Assembly (NCBI GenBank): GCA_030265395.1
Contig: JARFYF010000112.1
Coordinates: 65,175,737-65,239,736, forward strand
Direction of reading: 5' to 3'
DNA length: 64,000 bases
Source of the DNA: Rhina ancylostomus
Lineage: Eukaryota
In this document: one piece after another, positions 60,401 to 64,000 of the stretch
Numbering within the stretch: position 1 is the stretch's first letter
How the letters are laid out: each line of letters opens with the position of its first letter
Notes under the pieces: model-generated
What the model was told of the DNA's origin: nothing
The model's input: the letters and a program-made list of their open reading frames with translations, nothing else
Databases searched by the model: none
Program-made: the position numbers and the translations under genes

Positions 60401-61004
60401 AGAGCACAATTGCCGCAATAAGCTCAAAAGGCACAGGTAACGATACATGGGACCTCCTACTGGCCCAGAGGTCAACAGCTGCCTTTGGAGAGCCCAGATC
60501 CTTGTACACATGACAGGTAGGAACACCCTGCTTGCAGACTCTGAGGTTGATGCTTCCTGTCAGTTCCCCTCCTCCTACATCCCGTTTTCCGCTGCCTGCT
60601 GCTTTTTACTTTGCTCCTGCTAGGTACCTACCATAGTAGTGGTCCGAAATATTGCCAAGTGGGGCTCATGGATCAACACTGCAGATCCTGGCTGCTCATA
60701 GGCCAGCATTTTACCACATTCAATTGGTGTATTTTAAAGATGTCGCTTTGGATCCCCCAAGGACTGATTGGTGACCCTCCTGTGGCTCTGGTTTTCCTGA
60801 GCGCAGCCACTTCAGGGTGAGCCGATAGACCGATACAAAGGATGAAAATGCACATGTGGCCTTGTGCCAGCTGTAAACATGGGCATGGAACAGCAATCTT
60901 AAACCTTCACATGTAAGGCAGGTGAAGCACCTGTGGCTCAGCATGTACTTTCTTTGCTGAATTTGAATTGGAAGTGTTTGAAGCTATTTTGGAGGCCTCC
61001 AAAG

Positions 61005-61200
61005 ATAAAGATATTTATTAAGATATGTGTTTATTAATCACATGTACATCGAAACACACAGTGAAATGCATCTTTTGCATAGAGTGTTCTGGGGGCAACC
61101 CACAAGTGTCACCACGCTTCCGTCGCCAACATAGCACGCCCACAACTTCCTAACCCGTACGTCTTTGGAATGTGGGAGGAAACTGGAGCACCCGGAGGAA
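61005..61200 (-). mobile_element. V-SINE (young copy, CpGs intact), truncated by an assembly gap
   Basis: CACATGTACATCGAAACACACAGTGAAATGCATC...CGTCTTTGGAATGTGGGAGGAAACTGGAGCACCCGGAGGAA. Confidence 0.88.
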
Positions 61201-62083
61201 NNNNNNNNNNNNNNNNNNNNNNNNNNNNNNNNNNNNNNNNNNNNNNNNNNNNNNNNNNNNNNNNNNNNNNNNNNNNNNNNNNNNNNNNNNNNNNNNNNNN
61301 CCTTCATTAGGTAATGATTACACTACATTGCTTATCTCCTCCACATACAATTTTAGGAATTTATAGTACAAAGAAATGTAATTTAGTCCATTTTGCTTCT
61401 GTTGGCTCTTTGTTGGACAAATTCAAAATCAGTCATAACACCCTCTATTTGAAGCCCTATGTGTTCCTCTGGTTTAAATAGTTACCTCGCTTTCCTTTAA
61501 AAAAATGTGATGATATTTTTTCTGCCTGTATACTTCCAAGTAGGAAAGCATTCCAAGATTACACAACACTCAGTATTAAGACATATCTTCAAATCCTTTC
61601 TTTGTTCTCTTAACAAAAATCTAAAATGTATCACCCCTTTTCATTGACACTTCAAACATAGAAAATAATCTTTCCCTACTTAACCCCCGAGAAGCATTGA
61701 TTCACTAAAAATGTTTATTAAATCTCCTCTTAGTCTTTCTCTGCTCCACTGGCAGTCATTCCACTANNNNNNNNNNTATCTTAGGTGTATCAAAATTGTG
61801 GTTTCTTATCCATTCTATTGCTTCAATAATGCATCACTGTATAGTCTTACCGAATTTAATGTTAGTTCCTAATGGAGTCCCAAAACCATCTTGAATCCTC
61901 TATTAGTGGTCAAATATTGCCTTGCACAAATTTGTCATTATGTCTTTGCTCTGGTATTCTACATTATTATCTCAAAAATGCTACTGGCTATCTACCTTCA
62001 CTTTTAGAACTAGGGAATGTTATATTAAATTATGAGGTTACTCTGTTTGTTCACATCTTGTAATGCCTTTCAATTAAATGCAT

Positions 62084-62131
62084 GCTTTCAAAGCTTGCTT
62101 TCGCTTTCAAAGCTTGCTTTCCCTTTCAAAG
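62084..62131. repeat. 19-bp tandem duplication (about 2.5 copies)
   Basis: GCTTTCAAAGCTTGCTTTC at 62084 and 62103, then partial CCTTTCAAAG. Confidence 0.85.
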
Positions 62132-62817
62132 TGAATTATGATGCTTATGTTGTTCAGCCCAATAATTTTTTTTAATCCAAAGGAAATTGAGCATGCAACT
62201 AATAGTTCTTGTGTCTCCAATACTTCTATTTCTTGTGATAATCAGCCATGTCAAGATACCTCTCTCCAGTTGCTTCCAAAGCAGAATAACAGTGAATAGT
62301 CTGATCAAGACACCTGCAGATGCTGCCAATCAAAAGATTAAGATCAAAACTTTCACAACACTTTATACAATCATAAGTCAGCAATTGATATTTTACACTG
62401 TCATCTTGTAAAATTACCTTTGAGTAGATGGATTGCTTAGTTTAAGTATAATGACAAGAACCAAGTATTAGGTGCATCTAGATTATCAAAATTCACATAC
62501 TTTTAAACAAAGCAATCATAAACTCATAGAATTAAGCCAAATAAAGCAATGTGCATGCTAAAGGAAAATAATTTGTTGAGTATTCCTAATATACAGATTT
62601 TAACTTTTAGGCACATAACTGTACTTAAATCAGCTGCCTTTTGGAAGATCAAGAATGGAATAGTCCTCTTTCAAGAACCATACCCTTTCCTTCAAATCTA
62701 TTGTAATCACCCCCTCCTAAAAATTATGTTTCAATTTAAAAATTCTCATCGATGACCCTCCCAACTTTTGTAATCTTCGATAGCCCAACAACTCTCCAAG
62801 ATACCTGTACTCCTAGA

Positions 62818-63110
62818 GTTCGTAGTGTAGCGGTTAGCATAACGTTATTACAGCACCAGCAACCCAGTTTCAATTCTGTCCACTGTCTGTAAGGAGTTTG
62901 TACGCTCTCCTTGTGACTATGTGATTTCCTCTGGATGCTCCAGTTTTCTCCCACATTCCAAAGATGTACAGGTTAGGAAGTTGTGGGCATGCTATGTTGG
63001 TGCCAGAAGCGTGGCAACACTTGTGGCCTGCACCCAGAACACTCTACACATAAGAAGCATTTCACTGTGTGTTTCAATGTACATGTGACTAATAGAGGTA
63101 TCTTGTCTTA
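62818..63110 (+). mobile_element. Full-length V-SINE
   Basis: GTAGTGTAGCGGTTAGC A-box, TTCAATTC B-box, V-domain, tail CATTTCACTGTGTGTTTCAATGTACATGTGACTAATA. Confidence 0.88.
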
Positions 63111-63119
63111 ATTTATAAT

Positions 63120-63370
63120 AATCCTGAACTTTAATCACTCTATCTTCAGCTGCCAAAGCCCTAATCTGTGGAGTTCCACCACTGAATTTTCTCTCCCTCT
63201 ACTCTCTTTTCTCCTTTTCAGATGTTTTATTGAAACCTCTACTCTTAGTCATGCATCATACATCATATTCCTTCGTGGCTCAGCATCAACTTTTAGTTAA
63301 TAGTCCTCATGTGAAACACTTTAGGGCATATTGTTATATTAAAGGCCCTGCCAACACATGAGTTGACATT
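63120..63370 (+). mobile_element. Degenerate L2-type LINE 3' end
   Basis: CTTCAGCTGCCAAAGCCCTAATCTGTGGAGTTCC...GTGAAACACTTTAGGG...ATATTAAAGG. Confidence 0.55.
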
Positions 63371-64000
63371 ATTTTTCTGGGAAGCATTTTTCTAGGATTC
63401 GCCCCTCCACACATTTCTCATTCTCAGAGAGGTCTGGTAAATATTTTTGCATATGTATTAATGATCGGTCTACACGCCCCTGCATTTTTGATACAGTGAG
63501 CAAACTGGCCCAGTATCTGATCTACATTGGCTGGTCTTGGTCAGTGGTTCACTTTCTGGTGGCTCCTATTCCCCAGCTAACTAGATGGAGGTTGCCAGTG
63601 ATGCAGAAAGACTAGACAACACTACAAGATATATTAACTGAGCACTTCAAAAAAATTACATTTTTGTCATAAAGTGTATTGATTTCAAATAGTATTGGAA
63701 ATATATAATGCATAATTTTCCTGGTATTTTTATGGATTTTTACAGCTTTGCATTGGATATTGGAATTGCAGGGCTGTAAGTTATATAGAGCAGGGGTCAC
63801 TGCATGGGAGCGATTTGTCAGCATGGCTAGACATAGAGACATGGGGGCAGGATTCATGCCGGCAGCATTATGGGCTCAGATGTGGCTGGGTGCATATTGA
63901 TGCCTGTGATGGCTCTTTTTCTGTTGTACGTTGGGGTGAATTCACAAATCTCCTTTTGGCTGGGGCAGGGTCACAGAGCCAGCTTGTTGTGGGGCAAGAC

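Noticed and set aside
1-64000. CRISPR arrays, operons, rRNA genes or additional host exons
   Set aside because: No regularly spaced repeat-spacer array or rRNA-like sequence was seen. All other ORFs are transposon relics or lack recognisable homology. Small exons of a long overlapping gene cannot be excluded by eye.

Overview
Vertebrate genomic DNA. The repeat inventory (Penelope-like elements, CR1/L2-group LINEs, V-SINEs, Deu-domain SINEs) points to a cartilaginous fish, though the species cannot be fixed from sequence alone. The only recognisable host gene is a two-exon class IV POU homeobox gene on the + strand (24618..24737 joined to 25530..26447, 345 aa). Its residues best match the fourth Brn3 paralogue, pou4f4/Brn3d, rather than POU4F1-3. 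The gene sits in a roughly 13 kb CpG-retaining, almost transposon-free domain (about 23.0-36.2 kb) with several candidate cis-regulatory modules, including a near-consensus REST/RE1 site. The flanks are a gene desert of decayed and often nested retroelements. Points of note: a chain of ACATGA stop/start overlaps ahead of the start codon, a CCAAT+GC-box module repeated at exactly 60 bp in the promoter, Penelope terminal repeats carrying minimal hammerhead-ribozyme cores with covarying stems, a solo LTR with intact TSDs, and a few unexplained hairpins and direct repeats. I found no convincing evidence of a wholly new multi-gene system. Repeat family names and most repeat boundaries come from recalled motifs, not database searches, and are approximate.
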